Positions 16,676 through 29,616 are shown, numbered from the stretch's first letter. The stretch is DNA of 32,000 nucleotides from Pyrolobus fumarii 1A (GCF_000223395.1 NC_015931.1:60001-92000), one strand, 5' to 3'. Numbers and translations are program-made. The notes: a model not told the origin generated them from the letters alone.

Positions 16676-16926
16676 AATTTATCACCTCAGTTTATAGTAA
16701 ATACTATCTAGTTATTCATTATTTACCCTCACGATTTCGCCTATCACATAAAAGCACAAAAACGGATATGAAACACGAGTTTGAAAGGAAGACTATTTAA
16801 AATATTAGGCCGCTGCGAGTAACCATTAGTCACCGCAAGGCAGGGTTAGATCGGGACTGGGCACGAGGATTAGACGTAGAGGGGTACACGCTCGCCTAGA
16901 AAACATAGACACTAGTCCCTTACTAC

Positions 16927-17274
16927 CTACTTCCTCTTGATTCGTATACGTGGCTCGTATCTCGTCTGCTCGTACACAGCCTCTAGAAGCTCCTTCACAA
17001 CATCCTCGTCTACCGGGGGCTGCAGACGCCCCATCTGCACGAGAGCGATAATCTGATCCTCGACCACCTTGGCTAGCTCCGGCCTAACCAGCCTCACGTT
17101 AGCGAGCCTCTCGCGCGCACGGCTTGTCAGGATGCGGCGCAGCAGGGCCTGCCTCTGAGCCTCGGCTTGGAGCTCAGCCTCACGCCTCTTCTGCTCCTCG
17201 AGCCTCCTAGCCAACTCCTGCTGTTTACGCCTGAGAAGCTCCTCGAGCTCAGAGTCAAAATATTCGGCGGTCAA
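16927..17274 (-). CDS. PDCD5/TFAR19-like dsDNA-binding protein
   Basis: 115 aa. The region LLRRILTSRARERLANVRLVRPELAKVVEDQIIALVQMGRL matches the dsDNA_bind family pattern. The gene sits in its conserved position next to rps19e. Confidence 0.85.
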   Translation of the reverse strand: MTAEYFDSELEELLRRKQQELARRLEEQKRREAELQAEAQRQALLRRILTSRARERLANVRLVRPELAKVVEDQIIALVQMGRLQPPVDEDVVKELLEAVYEQTRYEPRIRIKRK

Positions 17275-17304
17275 AACTCACCCACCCTAAGACTCTACCA
17301 GTGC

Positions 17305-17778
17305 TCAGCGGAGGTACTTTTGAAGCTCGGGGTTCTTCTCGGCAAGCTCCCTCATAATCTCGTAGGCTATGTTGTCGAGCAGGCTCCTACCCTTGGGGGA
17401 TAGAGTCCTGCCTATGATCGTCCTGCCGCGGCGCACTTTCACCACGAGTCCCGCCGCCTCGAGCTGCTGCAGTATCTTCCTTATGATGGAGCCGGAGCCT
17501 TTCCTGAAGTGCTCGGGGGCTACGCCACGGTTCTGCCTGCCACCATAGGCCGTGCGGAGCCTCTCGACGCCTACCGGCCTGCCGCGCTTGTAGAGCTTCC
17601 TTAGAATGGAGGCCGCCCTGTAGTACCACCAGTCGGGGTCCTGAGGCGGCAGCTCCTTGTGCACACCAGTCTTAACGTAGTACGCCCATACTGGTGGCCT
17701 GATCTGGGGGTACTTCTTCAGCTCCTCAGCCACCCTCTTGATCAAGAGGTCCGCGGGTACCTCAAGCGCTGTGACCAT
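17305..17778 (-). CDS. rps19e: 30S ribosomal protein S19e
   Basis: 157 aa. The segments [13 protein letters not shown] and [29 protein letters not shown] are characteristic of S19e. Confidence 0.95.
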   Translation of the reverse strand: MVTALEVPADLLIKRVAEELKKYPQIRPPVWAYYVKTGVHKELPPQDPDWWYYRAASILRKLYKRGRPVGVERLRTAYGGRQNRGVAPEHFRKGSGSIIRKILQQLEAAGLVVKVRRGRTIIGRTLSPKGRSLLDNIAYEIMRELAEKNPELQKYLR

Positions 17779-18149
17779 CTCCTACCAGCCCTCTCGCCGC
17801 CAGAAACGCCCCTCGCCTTATACCCGCTATTAGGCGTCTCGCCACCACCGTGAGCCCTCACGTAATCCTCGTAGCGGAAGAGGACGAAGGTCCTGCCCCT
17901 AACGTCCAATAGCCGCGCATTCACCAGCTCCGCAACCCTCCTGGCCAGGGTCTTACGGTCGAGACCCGTAACCGCGATAGCCGAGCGGAGAGCCTTCACC
18001 TTGATGACGCCCTTCTCCTTCAACCTCCTATCAATCTCGCGTATCACACCCTCACTCAGCCCGTTCTTCCCGATGATCACGTCCGCCGGCCCCTGCTGCA
18101 CGATCTCCTTCAGCCTCTTGAGGTCCACCCTCACCCTTAGATACCCCAT
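17742..18149 (-). CDS. CRS1/YhbY-type RNA-binding domain protein
   Basis: Contains the [28 protein letters not shown] motif. The ATG at 18149 is preceded by GGAGG. The C-terminal tail of about 45 aa is low-complexity and overlaps rps19e by 37 nt. Confidence 0.8.
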   Translation of the reverse strand: MGYLRVRVDLKRLKEIVQQGPADVIIGKNGLSEGVIREIDRRLKEKGVIKVKALRSAIAVTGLDRKTLARRVAELVNARLLDVRGRTFVLFRYEDYVRAHGGGETPNSGYKARGVSGGERAGRRWSQRLRYPRTS

Positions 18150-18462
18150 AGGGTAGCCTCCACACCCACCCACAGATAAGGCATGTCACCGACAACCTCG
18201 AGCCCCTACGCCCCCGAGGCTCCAGCCTAAACCTCGCCGTCACACCCGGTATGAGAGGCACCCCGCACCGCTCACAAACACCTCTACGAAGACTCCTAGG
18301 CGTAGGCACATCCAGCTTCTCGACAATACGCCACGCGTGCTCCACAAGCCTCCTCGCATACTCGTAGTCGCCCCTCCTCGCCGCCTCACGCGCATAGAAT
18401 AGGAGCAGCCTCACCCCCTGCAACGCGATATCGTGTGCCACCTCACGCAGCCTACGAGACAT
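18052..18462 (-). CDS. rnp4: RNase P protein component 4 (Rpp21/Rpr2 family)
   Basis: The N-terminal helices are followed by the zinc ribbon CERCG...CLICG. The ATG at 18462 is preceded by GGGGAGG. The tail after RLPY overlaps the YhbY gene by 98 nt. Confidence 0.85.
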   Translation of the reverse strand: MSRRLREVAHDIALQGVRLLLFYAREAARRGDYEYARRLVEHAWRIVEKLDVPTPRSLRRGVCERCGVPLIPGVTARFRLEPRGRRGSRLSVTCLICGWVWRLPYGVSKGEGGPQEAEGDRAAGAGGRDHREERAE

Positions 18463-18502
18463 AGCGTGACAGCCTCCCCTAGCCCCCGGGGGACACCGCT
18501 CG

Positions 18503-19225
18503 ATGAAGCAGGGCAACGAGAGGCCCCTTAAGCTCGTGTTCTTCGAGTCGAGCTTGGAGCTCGTGCCACAGGAGCTATGGAGCCACCCATCAGTCTATAA
18601 GGCTGCGTGGAAGAGGGGGAAGCAGCCCGGCAAGACGCTCCTAGACTCCTCGCTACACCACCAGGCTATACGCCAGGCTAGGCTCCCCGAGGCCGAGAAG
18701 AGAGGAAGACCGGACGTCGTACACATACTCCTCTTGGAGGCGCTCTCATCGCCTCTCAACGAGGCCGGCGTGCTAGAAATCTACATACATACCATAGGCG
18801 ACTATGTGATAACCGTGCGCCCCGAGACGAGGATACCGAGAAACTACAATAGATTCGTGGGGCTCATAGAGCAGCTTTTCGAGGAGGGTAGGGTGCCGCC
18901 CAACGCGCCAACACCCCTCATGGAGATCAGGCCCATGACCATACGTTCACTCGTACGCCTCCTCAAGCCAACCCACACCATCCTATACTCCTGGGGCATC
19001 GAAGCGCCGAGGAGGAGAACCCGGGAGATAGCCGAGGAGGTGCAAGAGGCCATCGAGGCCGGCAGCACCGTGGTGCTCCTCCTGCCGGGCTACCCTCACG
19101 GCAACCCACGCGACTCTACGATAGAGGTAGCCGAGAAGAGGTACACGCCACTCGCGAGGCTAGAAGCCTGGACGCTGGCATCCCACACACTAGCCTTAAT
19201 CGCGGACAGGCTCGGCCTACTCTAG
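18503..19225 (+). CDS. nep1: Ribosomal RNA small-subunit methyltransferase Nep1/Emg1
   Basis: GRPDVVHILLLEALSSPLNEAG is the Nep1 signature region. The protein is 240 aa and is divergent from rnp4 with only 40 nt between the start codons. Confidence 0.9.
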   Translation: MKQGNERPLKLVFFESSLELVPQELWSHPSVYKAAWKRGKQPGKTLLDSSLHHQAIRQARLPEAEKRGRPDVVHILLLEALSSPLNEAGVLEIYIHTIGDYVITVRPETRIPRNYNRFVGLIEQLFEEGRVPPNAPTPLMEIRPMTIRSLVRLLKPTHTILYSWGIEAPRRRTREIAEEVQEAIEAGSTVVLLLPGYPHGNPRDSTIEVAEKRYTPLARLEAWTLASHTLALIADRLGLL

Positions 19226-19234
19226 GGCAACGGG

Positions 19235-19606
19235 ATGGAAGACGACGCGGTCCAGATAGCAGCCGCTATCCTGACATACCTTCTGGCAGCCGCAATACTC
19301 GTAGCGATGTTGCACAACCTGCCAGCCGCCCTGGTAACGCTCTACATGCTAGCGCTGGCCGCGAGGACATACACGCCCAACACGTACACGAGGACACTGC
19401 TAGTCATAGCATCGGCCCTACTGATACCAACGACGCCCCTACTCACCTCACAAGCACCGATACGGATCCCGCTCCCACTCCACACACTCCTAGTCTACAC
19501 GCCACACTCGACACACACCACGACACACGTCCTGGCCCTCGACTGGGGCCAGATAGGCCTACTAACACTCGCACTAGAACTAAAAAGGAAAGCTAGAAAA
19601 GGATAA
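19235..19606 (+). CDS. Small hypothetical membrane protein
   Basis: 123 aa with 3-4 hydrophobic segments and a Lys-rich C-terminus. The Thr/His/Pro-rich composition reflects the C/A-rich plus strand at this position. Confidence 0.5.
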   Translation: MEDDAVQIAAAILTYLLAAAILVAMLHNLPAALVTLYMLALAARTYTPNTYTRTLLVIASALLIPTTPLLTSQAPIRIPLPLHTLLVYTPHSTHTTTHVLALDWGQIGLLTLALELKRKARKG

Positions 19607-19640
19607 AAACGGAGCGGGCAAGACCACACCGAACACGGGT

Positions 19641-19718
19641 GCCGCGGTAGTATAGCCCGGTCAAGTATGCGGGCCTCTCGAGCCCGTGACCCGGGTTCAA
19701 ATCCCGGCCGCGGCACCA
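19641..19718 (+). tRNA. tRNA-Glu (anticodon CUC), CCA encoded
   Basis: Hand-folded cloverleaf. The acceptor stem is GCCGCGG/CCGCGGC, the anticodon stem CGGGC/GCCCG carries the loop CUCUCGA, and the T arm is CCGGG-UUCAAAU-CCCGG. An AT-rich GGATAAAAAC box lies about 32 nt upstream. Confidence 0.93.
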
Positions 19719-19843
19719 CACCGCCCCCTGCGCGGGGCACCACACAATAAGCGCCATCCAACCTCGGCCAGCCCCTCACCACCGTCATCTTGCTTGTACC
19801 TGTTATTGCCTGATGGCGTATGTAGACGCGAGCCTGCCTCGTC

Positions 19844-20728
19844 CTACCGCGTGCTTCGCACTAGCCTCTCGAGTAGCTTCGCCAGACCAGCACTGATGTA
19901 GAGGTTAAGCACGTCCAGATCCTCCGGCGTCAGCTTCTCGCCACCCTCCAGCCTCTCGAGAGCAGCGGCTAACATGCCAGACCGTGCGAGTAGAGAGACG
20001 AGCCCCTCCGGAGCCAGTATATCCACACGCGTCTTCTCGACAACGTAAGCCGAGTCCCTTGGCTCCAAACGAGCCACTACCAGCGAGACCTCAGCCTCGC
20101 CACGCTCCAGACGCACAACGTCACCTAGAGCGACACGCCCACCCTTCAACACTCTCTTCAACTCGTCCCCCAGCCCCGGGGGCACACCAACACCCAAAGA
20201 CACGGCAACAAGACGCTCAACGATAGGCTCCTCTAAGAGCTCCACACTAGTATCCTCACCGACGAGCACGACACGCCCCGGCTCAGCCTCCATCACATAC
20301 AGCCTCAATGGGGGCACAAAGCCGGTAACCACCACAGTCTCGCCACGAGCCACAGGCTTGCCAACTAGGAACCTTCTAACCCTCTCGATAAACCCTCGAG
20401 AAACCCTCCTACCTACAGGCGCTAGCACAACCCGGGTAGCGCGTTCAGCCTCAACACGCCTAACCTCAACCTCATTGCCCACACGCACACCCAGAGCCTC
20501 ACGCAAGAACCTATCAATCCTGACAATCCCGCTATCCTCCTCACCCGGCTCCAGGGGCCACACCAGGGTAGTCACAAACCCCCCAGCACCCACAAGCTCG
20601 ACAACATCACCCGCGTCTACACCAAGCTCTCTCATAACACGCGCATCTATCCTAGCAACCTTCTTCCCCGGATCCCTCGACTGCGCCTCCACAACACGCA
20701 GCCTAACACTCCTACCCAAAACCCACAA
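19844..20728 (-). CDS. Stand-alone Cdc48/VAT N-terminal-domain-like protein (no AAA modules)
   Basis: The N-terminus LRVVEAQSRDPGKKVARIDARVMRELGVDAGDVVELVG matches the double-psi-barrel start of Cdc48/VAT N-domains. The protein is 294 aa and has no Walker motifs. Confidence 0.7.
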   Translation of the reverse strand: MWVLGRSVRLRVVEAQSRDPGKKVARIDARVMRELGVDAGDVVELVGAGGFVTTLVWPLEPGEEDSGIVRIDRFLREALGVRVGNEVEVRRVEAERATRVVLAPVGRRVSRGFIERVRRFLVGKPVARGETVVVTGFVPPLRLYVMEAEPGRVVLVGEDTSVELLEEPIVERLVAVSLGVGVPPGLGDELKRVLKGGRVALGDVVRLERGEAEVSLVVARLEPRDSAYVVEKTRVDILAPEGLVSLLARSGMLAAALERLEGGEKLTPEDLDVLNLYISAGLAKLLERLVRSTR

Positions 20729-20886
20729 CCACCCAGAGATACATACGGGTAAGCACTACTAGTAAAAGCAGAGTACCCTACCATATCCGCACCAACCATT
20801 ACACGCATCAACTATCCACACAAACTCGCCACAAGCAAACCAGAATCAGGCAACCACACAACCCCCACATACCACAACAACGCGAC

Positions 20887-20898
20887 AAAAAAAAAAAA
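20887..20898 (-). terminator. T12 tract on the minus strand, a likely terminator of the rRNA operon transcript
   Basis: The A12 run on the plus strand is U12 in rRNA sense, about 420 nt downstream of the 23S 3' end. Oligo-T tracts are the known archaeal termination signal. Confidence 0.6.
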
Positions 20899-21215
20899 GC
20901 AAGAAAACTGGCTAAGACTCGTGTTACAGGAGTCTACCTGAACCCGATCACAATACTACAGCCAGCGTCAACTACGCGGCAATAAGCACACGAAAAGGAG
21001 TCTAAAGAGAGTGAGACCCTCAGCTCCAGAGCACCTCCGACAACCTGCTTGGAAACCAAACCACTAGCAACATTGTAGCCGGACGAAAACGACCGAAACA
21101 TCCCTAGAACAGGAAGGGTGGAGAGACAACACGACGCAATAAAGACGAGGAGGACAGCTACGATGTCAGACGAAGAACTCAGACGAAGAACGAGGATCCG
21201 GCTCTGGTCCCTCGG

Positions 21216-21319
21216 CCCTGGTGGACCTGGGCCACCCGCCTCGAGGCTTTAGCCCCGGGCCCGTGGACCCCGGCGGGCCACGCTGTCATAGACCCACGTG
21301 GCCCGCCCCTGGGTGAGAA

Positions 21320-21331
<12 letters not shown>
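21216..21331 (-). repeat. 23S 3'-flank arm of the 23S processing stem
   Basis: 21216-21243 is complementary to 24489-24516 at 25 of 28 positions. 21255-21272 is a perfect 18-bp complement of 24460-24477. 21320-21331 pairs with 24438-24448 (helix 1). Confidence 0.85.
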
Positions 21332-24437
<3,106 letters not shown>

Positions 24438-24448
<11 letters not shown>

Positions 24449-24516
24449 CCACCCAGGGGCGGGGTCCACGGGCCCGGTCAGGCCGCCCCGAGGCGGGCGA
24501 CCCAGGCCCACCAGGG
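24438..24516 (-). repeat. 23S 5'-flank arm of the 23S processing stem
   Basis: Complementary to 21216-21331, as described for the other arm. This is the expected site of a bulge-helix-bulge cut. Confidence 0.85.
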
Positions 24517-24670
24517 CCTCATCGGGGGCTTAGCGCCCCCTAGGCCTTCCCCCAGGGGCCTTCTCGGCCCCCAGGGTGCATGTGAGAGGGGGTCCCGGCC
24601 GGCCCGGCCCCCGAGCCTAGAGCCCCCGTGCGGCCCGGGGACACCCCGCCCGGCGGCCCCGATGCAGCCC
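24449..24670 (-). other. 16S-23S internal transcribed spacer, no tRNA
   Basis: About 220 nt of GC-rich spacer made almost entirely of the two processing-stem arms. No cloverleaf or T-arm motif is present, as is usual for Crenarchaeota. Confidence 0.8.
24588..24613 (-). repeat. 16S 3'-flank arm of the 16S processing stem
   Basis: GGGGGTCCCGGCCGGCCCGGCCCCCG is the perfect 26-nt reverse complement of 26315-26340. Pairing continues imperfectly towards the 16S ends (24625-24651 with 26277-26303, 2 mismatches in 27). Confidence 0.9.
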
Positions 24671-26246
<1,576 letters not shown>

Positions 26247-26314
26247 CGCGGCCGCAAGGCGGGGCCGCGTTTTAACGGGCGGGGTGCCCCCGGGCCACAC
26301 GGGTTTGGCCGGCC

Positions 26315-26340
26315 CGGGGGCCGGGCCGGCCGGGACCCCC
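26315..26340 (-). repeat. 16S 5'-flank arm of the 16S processing stem
   Basis: Perfect 26-nt complement of 24588-24613. Confidence 0.9.
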
Positions 26341-26484
26341 GTCGGGGCGGACCGTCCCCCGGGTAGTCCCCGGGGGGTTGGTCCGCCCCCATGTGTCTCG
26401 GTGTTAGCGCGACTCCCCGCCCCGCCCCGGGGGCTCTCCCCCGGGGCGGGCGCGTCCGTGTTCCTCCCTCCAGTCCGCCTGGGG

Positions 26485-26507
26485 TTAATAAGTATTACGT
26501 TATATGG
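26485..26507 (-). promoter_or_regulatory. Candidate rRNA operon promoter (AT-rich boxes)
   Basis: This is the only AT-rich patch upstream of the 16S leader. On the minus strand it reads CCATATAACGTAATACTTATTAA, about 240-260 nt upstream of the mature 16S 5' end. The exact TATA/BRE register is not resolved. Confidence 0.4.
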
Positions 26508-27031
26508 CGGGTGATACCTGAGACTATCTTGAGATTGGGTGTCTAGGTGTGGAGGTTCTCAGGAGCCTCAGGTGTTACGTTGAGCGGCTTGGGTTGGTGG
26601 CGGGGAAGGAGGAGGGTGGAGGATTGGAGTGTATAGGGCGGCCACTCGGGGCTGCCGCTATGCGGGGTGACGAGGCGTCTTTCGATTAACCACCCTTCCC
26701 TATGCACTCTATACTCTCTGTCTGGCCGCCTTGCTACTCTCGCGCGATCCTCTGGCTGCGTGCCCCCCGGGCGAGATGATGGCGTGCCGTGCTACTCGCG
26801 CCTGCCGTGCCGGGTCGGGGCGTGGAGCCGAGAACCGTGTCGCGGCGCGCGAGTGTGGATCGTATAGAAGGAGGATATGGGAGGAGGCGAGTGTGTCGTG
26901 GTGTCCCCCCGGCTGGAGGCTAGCCTCCTCATCCTCCGGGGCTTGGCCCCGTGTTGGGGCTGCGCCGCCGCCGGGAAGCCGGGGGGGACCCGGGGGCTCC
27001 GGTGGTGTTTCTGTGCCTCGTGGTTGGGGGT

Positions 27032-28354
27032 TTATGGTTTGGCTAGTTGCTTGGCTGCTGCCCGTATACACTCTGTCTTCGGGTGTAGCTTGCCGTTCCT
27101 CTCCTCGATTGTCGCGGGGTGTAGCAGGAGCAGCGTGATCGCCTCGTGTATGTTGTTGTCGTTGCAGGGTGTTTTCTTCGGGTCTGTTGTCTGCCAGGGT
27201 TTCTCGGCTAGGAGCCTCTGTATGGCGCTGGCTGTTGTTTCCGCCGCGGGGGTTGGCAGCTGGGCTGCGAGGCGGGGCAGCTCCTCGGGGTCTATGCCTT
27301 CTCGCACCAGGCTGCATTGCCGTGCTAGCGCCGCCGAGGTTATCATGGCGTGCATCGCGAGTTTCAAGTGGGTTGGGTTTGGCTCGAGGTGGTGCGCCAC
27401 TACGCCGCCCTCCCTGTACTTTTGTAGTGTCGTGTTCTCGAGGTCCGCCTCGACGGCCTCGGCGAGTATGCGGTGTAGTGTGTTGAGGGGGTTCTGCTCG
27501 GTGCATGCTAGTGCTAGTGCTGCGTGGGGGAGGGCGGCTGCTACTACCGCTGCTATGCTTCTGGCTTTCTCTGCGAGCCTCTGTAGCCTCCTTTGGAGCT
27601 CGCGTGGCGGCCTGGCTTTGGGGCCTCTCGGTGCGAGCGGATGGCCGTGTGGCGTCTCGGCTAGGGCTTCTAGTGTGGCGCTGCGCAGCGCCTCGACGGG
27701 GTTGTAGACGCGGCGTTCTAGCTCCTGGAGGTCTATGAGTGGTGGTCTGCGCGTGTGGCTCGGCGGCTGCGGCGCCGTATAGACCGCGTGTTCGACGGGC
27801 TGGTTCCTGGCGGCGGCTAGGAGCATGGCTGTTAGCCTAGTGGCTTCGCCGATAACCTTGGCTACGTGTGGCGGCGCTAGGCTGACCTCCGCGTAGAGCC
27901 TTACAGGGCCGGTCTTGCGGAGTGGCTGTTGGACCGACCAGTCGATGATGTGGAGGAGTGTGTGTAGGAGCGTGTGGGCGGGTGTCGCCTGGAAGCGCCA
28001 GCCTGCATTCTCGCCGGGGGTGGGGACTGTGGCCACCTCGACTGTCTTGGCGAGGCGGGGTGGTATGTAGAGGTCGAGGCGTTTCGCGTAGGCGCTGGGG
28101 GCTAGGTTGTAGAGCGTCTTGGCATCGTTGGCCTCCTTGAGCGTCTCCTCCCAGTAGTAGACGGTCTCGGTGATAGGGGTGATTGCGAGCGCCGCTACGC
28201 TCCAGCCGTGCTGCTCGCCGTCGAGGAGTGCTGCCGCCGGGTGGCTCGCCTCGACATAGGCGGGTGGGTGGCGGTACTCGGCGCGGAGGCGCTTGTGGAG
28301 GCCGGGGCGCGCCGGGTGATAGAAGACCACGAGTGTATCCACTATGCTCGCCAC
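27032..28354 (-). CDS. Orphan hypothetical protein (440 aa)
   Basis: This is the longest ORF in the region and has a natural, diverse composition (Ala/Leu/Pro/Thr/His-rich). The competing frames are Cys/Ser- or Arg/Pro-rich. It uses the CTA/ATA/AGG codons seen in the other genes. The start is GTG, with no clear SD or TATA. No motif was recognised. Confidence 0.6.
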   Translation of the reverse strand: MASIVDTLVVFYHPARPGLHKRLRAEYRHPPAYVEASHPAAALLDGEQHGWSVAALAITPITETVYYWEETLKEANDAKTLYNLAPSAYAKRLDLYIPPRLAKTVEVATVPTPGENAGWRFQATPAHTLLHTLLHIIDWSVQQPLRKTGPVRLYAEVSLAPPHVAKVIGEATRLTAMLLAAARNQPVEHAVYTAPQPPSHTRRPPLIDLQELERRVYNPVEALRSATLEALAETPHGHPLAPRGPKARPPRELQRRLQRLAEKARSIAAVVAAALPHAALALACTEQNPLNTLHRILAEAVEADLENTTLQKYREGGVVAHHLEPNPTHLKLAMHAMITSAALARQCSLVREGIDPEELPRLAAQLPTPAAETTASAIQRLLAEKPWQTTDPKKTPCNDNNIHEAITLLLLHPATIEERNGKLHPKTECIRAAAKQLAKP

Positions 28355-28673
28355 GCGTCTTCCCTGGTTCGGGGGCCTCCCAGGGCGGTAATGAGGCCGT
28401 GCCTCGCCCTTGGCCCGACCGGGTTAGTGGCTGAGGGTGAGAGGATCATACTCGCCGGGCACCTTGGGCAGCGTGGTGGTGCGGGGCTCCTCGCACCACA
28501 CCCGAGCGTCGTAGCTTAGTGTCTTGGTTGAGGGGGTCAGCTTTTCCGGCTCTCCTCAGCCCGGCGCGCCGGCCGGTCTAGGAGACCCTCTTGTCATCAC
28601 GCCCCGTTGTGCCGAGCCCGCCGCACCCTAATCTAAGCCCCGGTTGCCTCTCTGGGAGGGGACGGCGGGCCCA

Positions 28674-29561
28674 GTGAGGATATCGATCATTGCCGCGGAT
28701 AGCATGGGTGTTCGTAGCCTGGCGACTCTCGTGGAGAGCGCTGCTGGTACCCGGGTGTTCATCGATCCTGGCGCGAGTTTTGCACCTAGGCGTTATGGGC
28801 TGCCGCCCCACCCGTGCGAGGAGGCTAGGCTCGAGGAGGCACTCTCGAGGATAAGGAGTGTGCTGCGGGATGTACACGCGGCTGTGATAACACACTACCA
28901 TTACGACCATTACCTCTACCGCTCTGGGGAGGAGGAGTACTATCGCGGCCTGCTGCTCCTCGTTAAGCACCCGGAGTCGAGTATCAATGTTAGTCAGAGG
29001 CTTCGGGCGCACCGCTTCCTGAGGAAGCAGGGTGTGGCTGAGCTGGCGCGTGTCGCGTACGCGGATGGGGGTAGCTTTGAGGTTGAGGATGTGAGGCTTG
29101 TGTTCTCGCCGCCGGTGCCACATGGGAGGCCTGGTACGCCGCTAGGTTACGTGGTGATGGTGCTCGTGGAGGCTGATGGCGTGAGGCTGGTCTTCGCGTC
29201 TGACGTGCAGGGTCCTGGGAGCCGGGAGGCTCTCGAGTGGATAATCTCGACGAGGCCCGACGTCGTTATCATGTCGGGGCCTCCGACGTACATGGAGGGC
29301 GTGAAGGTGCCCGAAGAGGAGGTCAGGGCGTCAACATCACTGCTCCTGGAGCTTGTCTCGAGGCTGCCGAGAGGCTCGACACTGGTGCTAGACCACCACA
29401 CGTTGCGGGATGCCAGCTTTAGGGAGAAGCTTGGCGAGGTGTATAGCCTTGCGGGGACGCGTGGAGTTAGGGTTGTCACCGCTGCCGAGTTTATGGGTGT
29501 ACCCCTGGAGCCTCTTGAAGCGTTGAGGAGGAGGCTGTGGGAGGGAGAGGTTAGTTGCTAG
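28674..29561 (+). CDS. UPF0282-family metallo-beta-lactamase-fold protein
   Basis: The N-terminus VRISIIAADSMGVRSLATLVE...FIDPGASFAPRRYGLPPHP and the motif THYHYDH are present. The GTG at 28674 is chosen by similarity of the N-terminus to this family (from memory). The ORF track start is 28644. Confidence 0.8.
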   Translation: MRISIIAADSMGVRSLATLVESAAGTRVFIDPGASFAPRRYGLPPHPCEEARLEEALSRIRSVLRDVHAAVITHYHYDHYLYRSGEEEYYRGLLLLVKHPESSINVSQRLRAHRFLRKQGVAELARVAYADGGSFEVEDVRLVFSPPVPHGRPGTPLGYVVMVLVEADGVRLVFASDVQGPGSREALEWIISTRPDVVIMSGPPTYMEGVKVPEEEVRASTSLLLELVSRLPRGSTLVLDHHTLRDASFREKLGEVYSLAGTRGVRVVTAAEFMGVPLEPLEALRRRLWEGEVSC

Positions 29562-29616
29562 CTACACCAGGTAAACCCAAATAGCCCCTAGTTGACTCTC
29601 GTCACGTGGAGAGCGC

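Noticed and set aside
16676-16926. The most AT-rich intergenic region of the window, considered as a replication origin or ncRNA locus
   Set aside because: The strand-composition bias is the same on both sides, because the V4R and PDCD5-like genes are both G/T-ending on the minus strand. No repeated ORB-like elements were seen. It is adequately explained as the promoter region of the V4R gene plus the 3' region of the PDCD5-like gene.
19495-19788. 97-aa minus-strand ORF
   Set aside because: It runs antisense straight through tRNA-Glu, so it is spurious.
24449-24670. Looked for a tRNA in the 16S-23S spacer and for a linked 5S rRNA downstream of the 23S (20730-21215)
   Set aside because: No T-arm or cloverleaf is present in the spacer. 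No match was found to the conserved 5S core (CCCGGAAGUUAAGCC-type) anywhere in the window.
26775-26785. GAGAUGAUGG as the C box of an sRNA upstream of the rRNA promoter
   Set aside because: No CUGA D box occurs at a compatible distance, and there is no terminal stem.
26709-27707. ORFs 26709-27506 (-), 26731-27138 (+), 26877-27707 (+) and 27169-27486 (+) overlapping the orphan gene region
   Set aside because: Their compositions are implausible. The 276-aa plus-strand ORF is Cys/Ser-rich, and the 265-aa minus-strand ORF is Arg/Pro/Gly-rich low complexity. They are antisense or out of frame relative to the more protein-like 440-aa ORF. The GGAGGA-ATG at 26877 is noted but is not enough on its own.
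28578-29123. 181-aa minus-strand ORF opposite the UPF0282 gene
   Set aside because: It is antisense to a gene with clear family motifs (THYHYDH), and no motifs of its own were seen.
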